49,746 bases of DNA from an uncultured Eubacteriales bacterium (GTDB lineage Bacteria; Bacillota; Clostridia; Lachnospirales; CAZTAY01): the NCBI GenBank assembly GCA_964611655.1, contig CAZTAY010000003.1, forward strand, positions 1 through 49,746, given 5' to 3'. How positions within the stretch are numbered: position 1 is the stretch's first letter; every line of letters starts with the position of its first letter. This document shows, piece after piece, positions 28,931-39,376 of the stretch. The translations under genes and the position numbers were made by a program. The notes below the pieces were generated by a model, which worked only from the letters and a program-made list of their open reading frames with translations, was not told the origin of the DNA and ran no database searches.

Positions 28931-29797
28931 TTATACCTGAGGTCCAAAGCCTTCTCCTAAAACTTCACGCACATCTGCAAGAATGACAAAGGCAGCAGGA
29001 TCAATTTCCCCTGCCAACCGCTTTACATAACCAATTTCCTTTTTGGATAACACGCATAAAAGCACGTTAAACTCTGTTTTAGAATAACCACCCATACCGT
29101 ATAAAAATGTCACACCACGTCCAACATCAGTTAAAATCTTTTCCGAAATTTCATCTGATTTTTTTGAAATAATAAATGTTGCAATGGCAAAGTTCATACC
29201 CTCTAAAATTACAGCAACAATTTTAGAGCCTACGAATACCGAAATAATGGCATATAAAGCTTTTTCAAGCCCGAACACCAAAAATCCAAGAGAAATAATA
29301 ACAGCATCAACAAAGAATATTAGTTTCGAGATTGGAATATGTGAGAAGACTTTATTTAAGAGCATTGCAATGAGTTCAGTTCCGCCAGTGGTAGCATATC
29401 CTTTAATAACAAATGCAACACCTGCCCCTGATAATATACCACCATATAAAGAAGCCAAAAGCAAATCTCCTGAAAAATTTGGTAAAAAAGAAGTGTATAT
29501 AAGTGCAAAGGAAAGAAATACTGTAGCGAAAACTGTTTTTATGGCAAATTGCCTACCAAAAACAAAGTATGCTATGACAAGAAGTGGCAAGTTTACAGCT
29601 AGGTTCGTGACAAATACTGGTATTTCAAAAGGCAAAAGCGCCCTGGATAAGTTAAGTATTATAATACCCAAACCTGTTATACCGCCGTTAACAAGTCGAT
29701 TAGGTTCAAAGAAAACATTTAAGGGAATTGCAATTAACGTTGTTCCTAAAATAATAAAAAAGACATTAGATACGCTTTCCCTGACTTTTGACAACAT
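28931..29797 (-). CDS. YitT family membrane protein (DUF161/DUF2179)
   Basis: GGITGLG, NLPL, ATTGGTE, RGVT...GGYS, IDPAAFVI..VREVLGEGF. Confidence 0.92.
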   Translation of the reverse strand: MLSKVRESVSNVFFIILGTTLIAIPLNVFFEPNRLVNGGITGLGIIILNLSRALLPFEIPVFVTNLAVNLPLLVIAYFVFGRQFAIKTVFATVFLSFALIYTSFLPNFSGDLLLASLYGGILSGAGVAFVIKGYATTGGTELIAMLLNKVFSHIPISKLIFFVDAVIISLGFLVFGLEKALYAIISVFVGSKIVAVILEGMNFAIATFIISKKSDEISEKILTDVGRGVTFLYGMGGYSKTEFNVLLCVLSKKEIGYVKRLAGEIDPAAFVILADVREVLGEGFGPQV

Positions 29798-30533
29798 ATC
29801 TCCTCCCGGTAAAAATTACTTTAAGGGCAAAGACCGGCAAAATAAGCATCCTTTTAATTCTGGTGGGTTCTTTCATAAGCCTGTAAAACCATTCAAGCCC
29901 CAGTTTCTGAAAGAAAACCGGAGCACGCTTAACCCGATCTGCAAGAACATCAAAAGAACCGCCAACACCAATGGCTATTTTAACATTGCCGTTCAGGCGT
30001 TCCAGATTTTCCTGAATCCATTTTTCTTGTTTAGGTGCGCCAAGTCCTACCAGTAGTATGTCCGGTTTCAAAGAGTTAATACCTTCTAAAATGTCCGCTG
30101 TTTCATCTGTAGTAAAGTAACCGTCACAATAGCCCACAACTTTAAGACCCTTGAATTTTAACTGCGCTTTTAATGCCGCTTCTTCTGCGACACCCGGTTT
30201 GCCCCCTAGGAAATATGCCTTAATCTCCCTGTTAACAGCCCGTTGAAAAACCTCAGTAATCGTGTCAAAGCCTGCCACTCTCTCCGGCATTTTTTGCCCA
30301 AAGAATTTTGACGCCCATACAACTCCGACACCGTCAGGGATTACTATATCTGCACATTTAAGTGCATCCATTAGTCCTTTGTCCGTTTGCGCCATCATTA
30401 CAATTTCAGGATTTGGAGTGTAAATAACATGGCAATTAGGCTCTGTACCATCAAAAATGTCGTATATCCGGTCAACCACCGCTGCCTTCGTTGTTATGTC
30501 AAAAGGTACATTAAAAATTTCTATTCGTTCCAT
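29766..30533 (-). CDS. tagA: WecB/TagA/CpsF family N-acetylmannosaminyl(uronic) transferase
   Basis: TPNPE, PDGVGVV, ERVAGFD, VGLGAPKQE, GVGGSFD, RAP..GLEWFYRL..EP.R. Confidence 0.9.
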   Translation of the reverse strand: MERIEIFNVPFDITTKAAVVDRIYDIFDGTEPNCHVIYTPNPEIVMMAQTDKGLMDALKCADIVIPDGVGVVWASKFFGQKMPERVAGFDTITEVFQRAVNREIKAYFLGGKPGVAEEAALKAQLKFKGLKVVGYCDGYFTTDETADILEGINSLKPDILLVGLGAPKQEKWIQENLERLNGNVKIAIGVGGSFDVLADRVKRAPVFFQKLGLEWFYRLMKEPTRIKRMLILPVFALKVIFTGRRYVVKSQGKRI

Positions 30534-30546
30534 TTCATTCTCCTGG

Positions 30547-31641
30547 TTACATCAGCCTTTTAAGGTAATCTTCGTTTAATTTTGCCATATTTGTTAAGTT
30601 TCCAACTATAACATCCAGTTTTTGTCTGTAAATGTCAGGGTTTTCTAATATGTCTTTTGTTAGAGAAACAATTTTTCCAGCTTCAATCTTTTCTGTCCTC
30701 ACATCCCCACAAGAGGGCATATCAAGAACCTTTAAGTAATATTCAACCTTTGGATCATATACAATTCCCATCATAGGTACTCTCTCAATTCCTGCAAAAA
30801 TAAGAGCATGAAGGCGCATACTAATCATAAGTTTTAAACTGCCAATAACTCCAATAATCTCATCAGATGTGTACTTTCCATTAAGAACAAATGAAGGAAA
30901 TTTCATTGCCCCTGAAACCTTTTGTGAAACGGAGATATCAAGGGGATGTTGCATTGGTATAAGCAGAATATTATATCCGTACTTATCATGTATATTGTCA
31001 CATGCTAAGGCTATTTCCTGAATAAAATCAGGGGATTCATTCTTCCAGTCGCGAATAGAAACACCTATAAGAGGTTTGTCAAAAGGAATCTTTTCAAGAG
31101 CGAAAATTTCTTTAACACGTTCCCTTGGAACAGGCGCTAGTGTAAACGCGGGATCGGCTGTTACGTGAATGGGAGGACTGGTAACCCCTAGTCTCTTTAG
31201 CTCCTTAGCAGAGGATTCTTCACGAAGCGTTATCATGTCAACCTTGTTTATTATTTTCTTGATCATAAAACGGTTAAACTTCCTGCGTACAGGACCTATG
31301 CCGTTTGAATAGAGCATAACCTTTTTTCCAAGGCTTTTTGATAAGAAAATAATACCCAAGTAATAAAGTAATGACCTTGTGCTTGTTTCGTCTTGAAGCA
31401 AACTTCCCCCGCCACTGACTATAATATCACTTTTTGTAATTGCCTTGTAAACCTCTTTTATGTTAAAACGCTGTACTGATTCAATTCCATACATCTCACT
31501 TGTTATGTCTGGTTTAAATGAAAGAGCAGTAAGCGTAATGCCCTTGTCAATGCCGGGGATATTGTTTTTCATGGCAAGTAAGGTAGCCTCGTCACCACAG
31601 TTTCCGAAACCATGATAACCGGCTATCAATATTTGTGTCAT
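30547..31641 (-). CDS. csaB: Polysaccharide pyruvyl transferase CsaB
   Basis: GYHGFGNCGDEA, SGGGSLLQDETSTRSLLYY, GIGP, LREESS, TADP, MRLHALI, YDPKV. Confidence 0.93.
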   Translation of the reverse strand: MTQILIAGYHGFGNCGDEATLLAMKNNIPGIDKGITLTALSFKPDITSEMYGIESVQRFNIKEVYKAITKSDIIVSGGGSLLQDETSTRSLLYYLGIIFLSKSLGKKVMLYSNGIGPVRRKFNRFMIKKIINKVDMITLREESSAKELKRLGVTSPPIHVTADPAFTLAPVPRERVKEIFALEKIPFDKPLIGVSIRDWKNESPDFIQEIALACDNIHDKYGYNILLIPMQHPLDISVSQKVSGAMKFPSFVLNGKYTSDEIIGVIGSLKLMISMRLHALIFAGIERVPMMGIVYDPKVEYYLKVLDMPSCGDVRTEKIEAGKIVSLTKDILENPDIYRQKLDVIVGNLTNMAKLNEDYLKRLM

Positions 31642-31663
31642 TTCGCTTACCTCCTTTCATCTT

Positions 31664-33031
31664 CTAAACTGTTGGCTTTTCCTTTAGCTGCAAATGGGTA
31701 AACCAATACATAATCAGCGCCGTTATTATCCAAAAATACGCTGTCATCATTGGAACCTCAAACACGTTTTCAACTACATTGTGTACCATAACTCCAAAAA
31801 GCCCTGCAAATGCACCTATTGAAAGTTCTTTATAATAAGGATCTATTATTCTGACTGACGCCCTAAGTGACCATGTAAATACATTATACATAAGCACCAA
31901 GAATGCAGTAAGTCCCACTAAGCCCATTTCAACCGCAGTCTTTAGATAATAGTTGTCCATGTAAAAAACGTCTCTTACTTCATTATTAACAGCCACAGCG
32001 CCGCCAAACTGACCAAGGCCTACTCCTAAAAATGGTCTTACGGACACCATTTCAATGCCCTCAAGCCACCTTACAAGCCTTCCGCCTCGCAAACTGCTTT
32101 CAATATATTCAGGGCTTAGCATATATATAAGCCTGCTGGAAACAGAGGGTATTAAAACCGCTACCAACAGCGCAACTATGGCAACAGGAATCAACAAGCG
32201 TTTGTCCTTCATGGTTACGTATATAAAAACCGCTGCAATAAATCCAATCCAAGCACCTCTTGAGGATGTAAATACAAGGCACAGCCCAAGAGAGACTACT
32301 GTCATTAAGTAAAAAATCTTAACCAAGGGTTTCTTTTCAGCAAAGAACAAAGCCACAGCCATAGGTATGGTTAAAGTCATAAGACTCCCCAAAATATTTG
32401 GACTACCAATAATAGAATATACTCTTGTTCTTATTCCTGTTTCCACGCTGTCAATCCAGTTTTCCGGCATTTCAACCTTAACAATATATTGGTAAATGCC
32501 ATGTAAACTTATAAAAAGGCAAACAAGAATAAGCAATCTATAAATGTTCCTGCAATCCTTTTTGTCACGAACAAGCTGGATAACAGGGAAATACCATAAT
32601 GTGTGCTGTATTACAGCTCTGAATCCTTCAAGGCCCTGGGAGAAATCCACCGAATTAATGAAAAGCAAAACCAAGGAAACACCATAAAACAATATTAGAC
32701 CACCGTCAATCGGGGTTACTTTAATCCTTGTTTCCTTAACATCAACAATCCATTTATAAATCCAAAGTAAAATCATTGCCAAGAACAGGGTTTCGTCCCA
32801 AAGATTTCCCACTGCTCCACCAACAAGCCTTAAAACAAAGTCTAAAAAAACATACAAGGCCAAGGAGTATGTGGCTATTTCATATTTAGATAAAACTATT
32901 ATTGTGCCAAAGAATAACGCCAAAAAAGCGAGCCCTGTTGTAAGTCCTAAAAAGCCTGTTAATATTCCGCAGACAACACCTAAGACGGAAATAATTCTTA
33001 TATTTGTTTTGCTCACAAGCACCAGCCTCAC
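31664..33031 (-). CDS. O-antigen ligase / Wzy_C family membrane protein
   Basis: Multi-TM; RVYSIIGSPNILG, TSSRGAWIG, PFLGVGLG, DNYYL..AVEMGLVG. Confidence 0.88.
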   Translation of the reverse strand: MRLVLVSKTNIRIISVLGVVCGILTGFLGLTTGLAFLALFFGTIIVLSKYEIATYSLALYVFLDFVLRLVGGAVGNLWDETLFLAMILLWIYKWIVDVKETRIKVTPIDGGLILFYGVSLVLLFINSVDFSQGLEGFRAVIQHTLWYFPVIQLVRDKKDCRNIYRLLILVCLFISLHGIYQYIVKVEMPENWIDSVETGIRTRVYSIIGSPNILGSLMTLTIPMAVALFFAEKKPLVKIFYLMTVVSLGLCLVFTSSRGAWIGFIAAVFIYVTMKDKRLLIPVAIVALLVAVLIPSVSSRLIYMLSPEYIESSLRGGRLVRWLEGIEMVSVRPFLGVGLGQFGGAVAVNNEVRDVFYMDNYYLKTAVEMGLVGLTAFLVLMYNVFTWSLRASVRIIDPYYKELSIGAFAGLFGVMVHNVVENVFEVPMMTAYFWIITALIMYWFTHLQLKEKPTV

Positions 33032-33549
33032 TTAAGAAGAATGGAAATACACTTAACAAGAATACTTCCGGAAAATATGTTGAAAAATTTCTCAGCAGCA
33101 AAGAAAATCAGCAGACCCAACAAAAACAGAGCAGCAAAGATTGCAGAGATTATAATCGAGCCGTTTACAAGCTGCAAAAAAGACGTAGTTAGTCCCATGA
33201 AAATCAGAAAAATTCCTAAATACCTAATTTTATTGACTGTATGAGTTTGGGAAATGGACTTTACAGATGAAACCGAAATTGAACTCCCAAGACATTTTAC
33301 AAGTAAGTTATTTAAATATTCAAAAAATACAGAAAATGCATCTGAGATCTTGTAAAGAATCTTTTTATACAGAGAGTTGTCAATGGAAGGCGTTCTGTAT
33401 AAGAAAGCAATGATTAATTTATAAATAAAGCTTGCTTTAAAAATATTAACAAAACCAGTAATCCCTCTAATCAGAAAACTATGTTCATAAATACGCTTTA
33501 TGGCATAAAACGGTTTAAGAAAGAGACTGTTTTCTAAAAGACTATTCAT
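33028..33549 (-). CDS. Hypothetical membrane protein
   Basis: 173 aa ORF with RBS AAGGAG, coupled to the ligase-like gene; C-terminal hydrophobic helices. Confidence 0.7.
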   Translation of the reverse strand: MNSLLENSLFLKPFYAIKRIYEHSFLIRGITGFVNIFKASFIYKLIIAFLYRTPSIDNSLYKKILYKISDAFSVFFEYLNNLLVKCLGSSISVSSVKSISQTHTVNKIRYLGIFLIFMGLTTSFLQLVNGSIIISAIFAALFLLGLLIFFAAEKFFNIFSGSILVKCISILLK

Positions 33550-33563
33550 AATACTGCTCCTTG

Positions 33564-34067
33564 TTATTTAAACTCAATTTGAGTAACCGTTCCTTGTATT
33601 TCGACCTTTTGAGTTTTAACCGTATATTTATATCCAATTCTTGCTTCCTGACCGCCTACCTTCACGATAGGATCAGCTTTTGATGCCTTGTCCTTTATAA
33701 CAACAGTTACGGTTTTCCAAAGCGGATGCGCACCTAAAACAGGTTTGCCTTGGGCATCCTCACCCACATAATCGCTGTCCCTGTATGAAACAGTATCGAT
33801 TATTGCATTTTGGAATGCGTTTTTAGCAACTAGGTGTATCTGCTCATCACCCTCCGGAACAAGTGCAAGGGCGGATTCTTCAGGAACAAGAATACAGTTA
33901 ACCGTTACATATACATCTTGTTTTTCAACAGGGACGTTTGAAACTACTTTTCTGCCTACATAATAATAACCTGCAGCACCCACAACAGCCAGAATCACCA
34001 GTAAAACAACCAGATCGATAAGATTGATTATACCAAACAGTTTTCCCTTTTCATCTAATATCTTCAT
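33564..34067 (-). CDS. DUF4330-like membrane-anchored protein
   Basis: MKILDEKGKLFGIINLIDL followed by a TM helix; VGGQEARIG near the C-terminus. Confidence 0.8.
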   Translation of the reverse strand: MKILDEKGKLFGIINLIDLVVLLVILAVVGAAGYYYVGRKVVSNVPVEKQDVYVTVNCILVPEESALALVPEGDEQIHLVAKNAFQNAIIDTVSYRDSDYVGEDAQGKPVLGAHPLWKTVTVVIKDKASKADPIVKVGGQEARIGYKYTVKTQKVEIQGTVTQIEFK

Positions 34068-35200
34068 TTCTTCTGCTCCTTTAGAATAGTTGTATAGATT
34101 TTTTTATGGGAAAGAACTAGGTTTTTAAGAGAAAATTTGTCCCTTGCACGCTCATAAAACCTTTCCCCAAGCCTATTTCTTAACTCCCTGTCATTCACTA
34201 GTATTTCCATGCTCTCTGCTAGCTTGTTATAATCTCCAACCGGAAATAAAAGTCCCGATGATTCATGTTCAATCATCTCCGGAATTCCTCCTGCGTCAGA
34301 GCTGATAGTTGCTTTTTGCATCTTAGCCCCCTCCAATAAAGAATAGGGGAAGCTTTCGCTGTATGAGGAAAGGACATTAATGTCTATTGCCCCAAGGAAA
34401 GAGTAAACATCCTCCACATACCCCAAAAATCTGATATGACGGCTTAGGTCATTGTTTTGGACATACTGTTTATATGAATCCATTAATTGACCCGATCCTG
34501 CCAGAAGAAAGGTCACGTTGCTGTCTTTGTTTCTATCTAAAAATTCCTTAGCAGCCTTTAAAAATAAATCCACACCCTTAACAGGATGAAACCTGCTTGC
34601 AATTCCTATTAGAAGATTGTTGCTGACATCAATTTCATAGCTGCTTAAAAATTCGTCCTTGCTTTTTATTGGAACTTGTTCATCAAAGTCAAGACCGTTA
34701 TATACCACGAATATATTTTCAGGTTTAAATCGCCTTGAAGTCAACATTTTTTTGAAGTTCTCTGTTATTGCAATGATAAACTTAATCCTGTGCAGCGCAA
34801 AAGCATTAACAGGCATATAGAAAAACTGTTTATATCTGCTGTTCTGGAAGTCCAGTTTATAATCGCTGTGCATGGTTGTAATCATAGGTTTTTTAACGAA
34901 CAGTCTTAGAAAAAGCGAAATAAAATTAGCCCTTGCCCCATGGCAATGGATAATATCAAATTCCTCCGCTTTAATATAAGCTGCCATTTTTTTAATGGCT
35001 TTGAAATCATATCTCATTCGTTGAACAATAACCTTAACGGGTATGGAACGCTCTTTTGCTTCTTTGACAAAATCGCCCTCCATCACGCACAATAGCTTTG
35101 CATCGATGCCCTGTTCCTTATTTAGACCTTCAATCAAAGAAAGAACATGGGTTTTAGCACCGCCAATGTCGCCTCCGCTTATTAGATGTACAACCTTCAT
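34064..35200 (-). CDS. Glycosyltransferase family 4
   Basis: HLISGGDIGGAKTHV, HCHGARAN, SYSESFPYSLLEGA, GGIPE; start corrected to ATG 35200 (RBS GGAGGG). Confidence 0.92.
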   Translation of the reverse strand: MKVVHLISGGDIGGAKTHVLSLIEGLNKEQGIDAKLLCVMEGDFVKEAKERSIPVKVIVQRMRYDFKAIKKMAAYIKAEEFDIIHCHGARANFISLFLRLFVKKPMITTMHSDYKLDFQNSRYKQFFYMPVNAFALHRIKFIIAITENFKKMLTSRRFKPENIFVVYNGLDFDEQVPIKSKDEFLSSYEIDVSNNLLIGIASRFHPVKGVDLFLKAAKEFLDRNKDSNVTFLLAGSGQLMDSYKQYVQNNDLSRHIRFLGYVEDVYSFLGAIDINVLSSYSESFPYSLLEGAKMQKATISSDAGGIPEMIEHESSGLLFPVGDYNKLAESMEILVNDRELRNRLGERFYERARDKFSLKNLVLSHKKIYTTILKEQKK

Positions 35201-35213
35201 AAAACCCTCCAAA

Positions 35214-36467
35214 TTAGAGCAGGCTGTTAAATATTTCAGAAAGCTCTTTCGTAAGCTCTCGCCTTTCAAATCTCTTGATTAGTTCATGATCAGGAGAAAT
35301 TGACATGTCCCCTTTTAGCCAGTCATTATAAAAACATAGAAAATTTTCTTTAATCCCCGGAATATTATCCGTGTCCGCCGTTCTGCCGATTCCAGTCTTT
35401 CGCATAAGATCTGCAGCAACTCCCTTATCCGGAAGCAGCGCCATTACAGGTACTCCAGAGTTCATGTATTCAAATATCTTGCCTGTGTAAAAAGCCTCTG
35501 CGCCCCTGCCTGTGCCTTCAATTATAAGCAACAAATCAGACTCAACCAGTTTTTCAAGACATTCTCTGTGTGGAATATAACCTATAACTGAAACAGTATC
35601 CAAAAGACCATAGCTTTTAATCTTTTCCATGAACTGTTCTTGCTTATAATTTCCTATAAAACGTACGGAGAGCTTGGAGCAGTCAATTTTTTCTTCGTCC
35701 CTTAGCTGTTTTAAGGCTTCAAAAAAGGGATCAGGCTTTCTTCTGCCATAGAGAGAACCAACATAAGTTATTGTTAGTTTCTCGTTAGGCATTGTAGGCT
35801 TTTCAATGCCCAAAAAGTCGTCAAGGTCATAACCGTTTGGTATATCACAAATCTTGTCTTTGACCTGAGGACAAATCTTAATGAAATTTTCACGCATTAC
35901 AGGTGTGTTTGCAATCACCGCATCAGCATTTAAAAGCACATCCAATTCCTGACGCTTTTCAGTTTTAGTTCTAAATCCATTATGGGGTGAATCCAGTGTA
36001 TAAGGATTATTTGTCCATTCGTCCCTAAAATCAGCAACCCATTTTATATGGGGCAAGCTTTGTTTTATATAAAGTCCAAGCAAATGGTCACTGTAGGGAT
36101 AAGAAGTTGTGTATATAATATTTATATTTTCGTTTTTAATAATTTCAACTGCCTTTTTCCTGCTTAACCTTGCCCATAATACTTCTGCATCAGGAATTAA
36201 AATCTTTCTTGCAATCACTTTGCCAACAAGTCCAAAAATTCCACGCCATTCTGTTAAGTCTTTAGGATTTGTTCTATATACCTTTGCTTGCTTTGGAATG
36301 TCATTTAGTAGTGATTCGTCCTTTAGTGGCATTCTACCAACATCCCTTGTTAGCACAATGGGATTATAGCCAAAATCACGCAGGTATTTAACAAATTTTG
36401 AGGTTCTTTGGACACCAGAGCCACCCATTGGCGGAAACTGATTGGCAATTATAAGACAATTCCTCAT
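35214..36467 (-). CDS. Glycosyltransferase family 4
   Basis: FPPMGGSGVQR, WVADFRDEW, IPNGYD, TGKIFEY. Confidence 0.9.
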   Translation of the reverse strand: MRNCLIIANQFPPMGGSGVQRTSKFVKYLRDFGYNPIVLTRDVGRMPLKDESLLNDIPKQAKVYRTNPKDLTEWRGIFGLVGKVIARKILIPDAEVLWARLSRKKAVEIIKNENINIIYTTSYPYSDHLLGLYIKQSLPHIKWVADFRDEWTNNPYTLDSPHNGFRTKTEKRQELDVLLNADAVIANTPVMRENFIKICPQVKDKICDIPNGYDLDDFLGIEKPTMPNEKLTITYVGSLYGRRKPDPFFEALKQLRDEEKIDCSKLSVRFIGNYKQEQFMEKIKSYGLLDTVSVIGYIPHRECLEKLVESDLLLIIEGTGRGAEAFYTGKIFEYMNSGVPVMALLPDKGVAADLMRKTGIGRTADTDNIPGIKENFLCFYNDWLKGDMSISPDHELIKRFERRELTKELSEIFNSLL

Positions 36468-37720
36468 TTGGAAGCACCTAGTAACACATAATTAAAGCCT
36501 GCCGTCTCTGCCTTCTCTCTGCCCATGAAATTTCTTGTGTCAATGAAGTTAGGCTCTGACATTGCTTTTGCAACAGTTGCATATTCAATTTGCTTAAACT
36601 TTTTGTGATTAACCGCAAGCACGATAAGTGAAGCTCCCTTTGCGGTTTCCTCTATATTATCAAAAGCCTGTGCAAACTCCTCAACATGAGGATCGATAAC
36701 TACAACATTGCCGCCCTTGTCTTTAAGCAGATGCGCCAATTCAAGGGATGGACTTTCTCGCATATCATCCACATCCGCTTTATAGGAAGCTCCCATAATC
36801 AATATCTTTTTGCCCCTAACTCCTCCAAGCAAAGTTTCAGCTTTTTTCAGTACATAATGTGGCATTGAGTCATTTATATTTCTTCCAAGATGAATCAGCC
36901 TTGCAAGCCCTTTCGCCTTTTCAACAACGAACCAGGGATCAACAGCAATGCAGTGTCCGCCAACGCCAGGACCTGGCTGATGAATATTAACTCTAGGATG
37001 TTTATTTGCCAGTTCAATAACTTCCCATGCATTTATGCCAAGGGATTCGCAAATTTTTGCAAGTTCGTTTGCAAGTGCAATATTAACGTCTCTGAATGTG
37101 TTTTCCATGAGTTTACACATCTCAGCGGTTGTTGCATCAGTTAAATATATATTGCCTTTTACGATTGAAGCATATAAATCACGAACAGCAATTGAGGATT
37201 TTTCGTTAACCCCTCCAACAACTCTGTCGTTGTTTTCCAGCTCAAATAGAATATTTCCCGGGATAACGCGTTCCGGTGAGTGTGCTAGATAAATATCCTC
37301 GCCGGGGATTAAACCAGTTTCTGAAAGTATAGGCATCATAAGCTCTTCAACAGTTCCGGGAGGTGAAGTTGACTCAAGAATTACAATATTGCCTTTTTTT
37401 ACATAAGGCACAATTGCCTTGGTAGCCGATTCAACATATGAAACATCAGCCGACTTGTCCGCCTCAATAGGCGTTGGAACGCTGATTATAAACGCATCTG
37501 CATGGCAAGGTGTAAGGCTGCCTTTTAAGTTACCGCTTTCCACAGCATTTTTTACTATTTCATCAAGACCTGGTTCTTCAATAGTGATCTTACCCCTATT
37601 AAGCTCGTCCACAACCTTTTCTGAAATGTCAGCACCTACTACTGTAAATCCTTTTGATGCAAACATTGCCGCAGTGGGCAATCCTATATAACCAAGTCCG
37701 ACAATGCAAATTTTTTTCAT
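36464..37720 (-). CDS. wecC: UDP-N-acetyl-D-mannosamine dehydrogenase-type nucleotide sugar dehydrogenase
   Basis: GLGYIGLP, VPTP, ESTSPPGT, SPERVIPG, KLMENTFRDVNIALANEL, PGPGVGGHCIAVDPWF. Confidence 0.88.
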   Translation of the reverse strand: MKKICIVGLGYIGLPTAAMFASKGFTVVGADISEKVVDELNRGKITIEEPGLDEIVKNAVESGNLKGSLTPCHADAFIISVPTPIEADKSADVSYVESATKAIVPYVKKGNIVILESTSPPGTVEELMMPILSETGLIPGEDIYLAHSPERVIPGNILFELENNDRVVGGVNEKSSIAVRDLYASIVKGNIYLTDATTAEMCKLMENTFRDVNIALANELAKICESLGINAWEVIELANKHPRVNIHQPGPGVGGHCIAVDPWFVVEKAKGLARLIHLGRNINDSMPHYVLKKAETLLGGVRGKKILIMGASYKADVDDMRESPSLELAHLLKDKGGNVVVIDPHVEEFAQAFDNIEETAKGASLIVLAVNHKKFKQIEYATVAKAMSEPNFIDTRNFMGREKAETAGFNYVLLGASK

Positions 37721-37756
37721 TTAAAGAGTCCTCCGAATTCCAATTGTACAAGAGCG

Positions 37757-39256
37757 TTATTGCCCCTTTTTACTTTTTAATTTTATACTAATAGTGTTTA
37801 TTTCTTCTTTAACCTCACCAGAGACTACGATCAGTGCAACGTAGATTAAAGCCCCTAGAGCAATGTAAGCAAACACAAGAACCTTATCCGGCGGATAATA
37901 GGTCTGCAGAAGTCTTAGAACCAATGCCATAATAACAGAGCTTCCAAGAATTGATGCATAAGTCTTCAAACCTAACGACCATTTAAAATATTTCCTGCTT
38001 TTATACTTTGATAATAGAAAATATACGAAAAAACCTGCAAAGGTACTATATGCTGCCACAATATATCCATAACCTTTAATCAGCAGAAGGTTTAAAACCA
38101 CATTAACAATTCCGCCAATTAGACTGTTTTTAAAAATCATTTTGGTGTTGGAGTTTAGCTCCCAAATTTTGTTACTATATTCCGTAAGCCCCAAGAACAA
38201 CATACCAAGCGCCACCCAAAACATAACCTTATATCCGCTTCTAAAAGATTCTTGGAATAAAACGGTCATTGATTCAGCCATAGCCCATACGCCTGTTACC
38301 GCCGGCACACTAATAAGCAAATAATTTCTGACGGCCTTAGAAATGAGCTTTTCCGTAAGCTCTTTTTTGCCTTCGCTGTGGGTTCTTAGTATGGTGGGAT
38401 AACTTCCTCTCATAACAGCAGTTGATATCATTGTAAAAGAGGTTGAGACAAGGGTATAGTTTGGTGAATAAATCCCAACTTCCGCATTGCCCAAGTACCC
38501 CTGAATAATGTATTTATCAGAGTTATTTAGGGTGGTTGTAGTAATTAGGTTTCCTATTAAAGGAAAACCATAGGAAAAAAACTCTTTTAATGTTTCTTTT
38601 GATTTATTTTTGTAGCTTATGTATTTTATCATATTTAATCGAATAACCGCAACTATAGAAATTACAGCATCGAATATTATATTGCTTACAAAAATCCATT
38701 CAATTCTTGAACCAAACAACGCAACCATTAGAATGAGTGCTAATAATCTGCCTATTATGGACAACATAGACAGAATAAGATTTAGTTTGACCTTTCGCCT
38801 TGCTGCAAGCAGCGCAGTTAATAGCTGTGATGTATTATAAGATATAAAAACACCTATCATTAAAAACATCAGGCTAACCGGATAGTCAGAAAAGAACCCA
38901 GAATTTCGAAAAAGTGCAGACAGACCAATAATTAATATGGTAAATACTAACGAAAACAGAGCATTGGTTGTTAACCACGCCCAGAAGGTAGTGGAATAAA
39001 AAGCGTCAAGTTTGCCTTTTACATCATAGTCGTTTATGTATCTCATTCCTGATTGCAAAAGCCATTGTATGCATAGCATGGACAGAATTTGCGATGTTGT
39101 ATTAAGCACAGCATATCTTCCATAATCACTTTCCACAAAATAATATGTATATAAAGAGATGGTTACTATGCCAAAGATACCCTCTGTTCCTTTTGCAAGC
39201 ATATAAATAATTGTATCTTTAGCCATTGTATTGGCTTTTGCTATATGTTCTGACAT
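37757..39256 (-). CDS. Polysaccharide flippase (Wzx/MOP superfamily)
   Basis: 499 aa, multiple TM helices, YGFPL..SDKYII..G..VGIYS, NVVLNLLLI..YG. Confidence 0.88.
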   Translation of the reverse strand: MSEHIAKANTMAKDTIIYMLAKGTEGIFGIVTISLYTYYFVESDYGRYAVLNTTSQILSMLCIQWLLQSGMRYINDYDVKGKLDAFYSTTFWAWLTTNALFSLVFTILIIGLSALFRNSGFFSDYPVSLMFLMIGVFISYNTSQLLTALLAARRKVKLNLILSMLSIIGRLLALILMVALFGSRIEWIFVSNIIFDAVISIVAVIRLNMIKYISYKNKSKETLKEFFSYGFPLIGNLITTTTLNNSDKYIIQGYLGNAEVGIYSPNYTLVSTSFTMISTAVMRGSYPTILRTHSEGKKELTEKLISKAVRNYLLISVPAVTGVWAMAESMTVLFQESFRSGYKVMFWVALGMLFLGLTEYSNKIWELNSNTKMIFKNSLIGGIVNVVLNLLLIKGYGYIVAAYSTFAGFFVYFLLSKYKSRKYFKWSLGLKTYASILGSSVIMALVLRLLQTYYPPDKVLVFAYIALGALIYVALIVVSGEVKEEINTISIKLKSKKGQ

Positions 39257-39314
39257 ATCTAACTCCTAACCATTCAGTATGTCATTTTAAACCGATGCCT
39301 AGAATAAGAATGGT

Positions 39315-39339
39315 AAAAACCGCTGATTAAATCAGCGGC
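39315..39339 (-). terminator. Intrinsic terminator inside the cell-wall polymer cluster
   Basis: - strand AGCCGCTGATTTAATCAGCGGTTTTT. Confidence 0.7.
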
Positions 39340-39376
39340 TATTCTCTAAATATTCTTTTAAAAGCAAACATTAGGC

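Noticed and set aside
29184-30056. 290 aa + strand ORF
   Set aside because: Antisense shadow of yitT and tagA; the composition (K, I, N, T, P rich) is what the reverse of a hydrophobic gene gives; no motifs or RBS.
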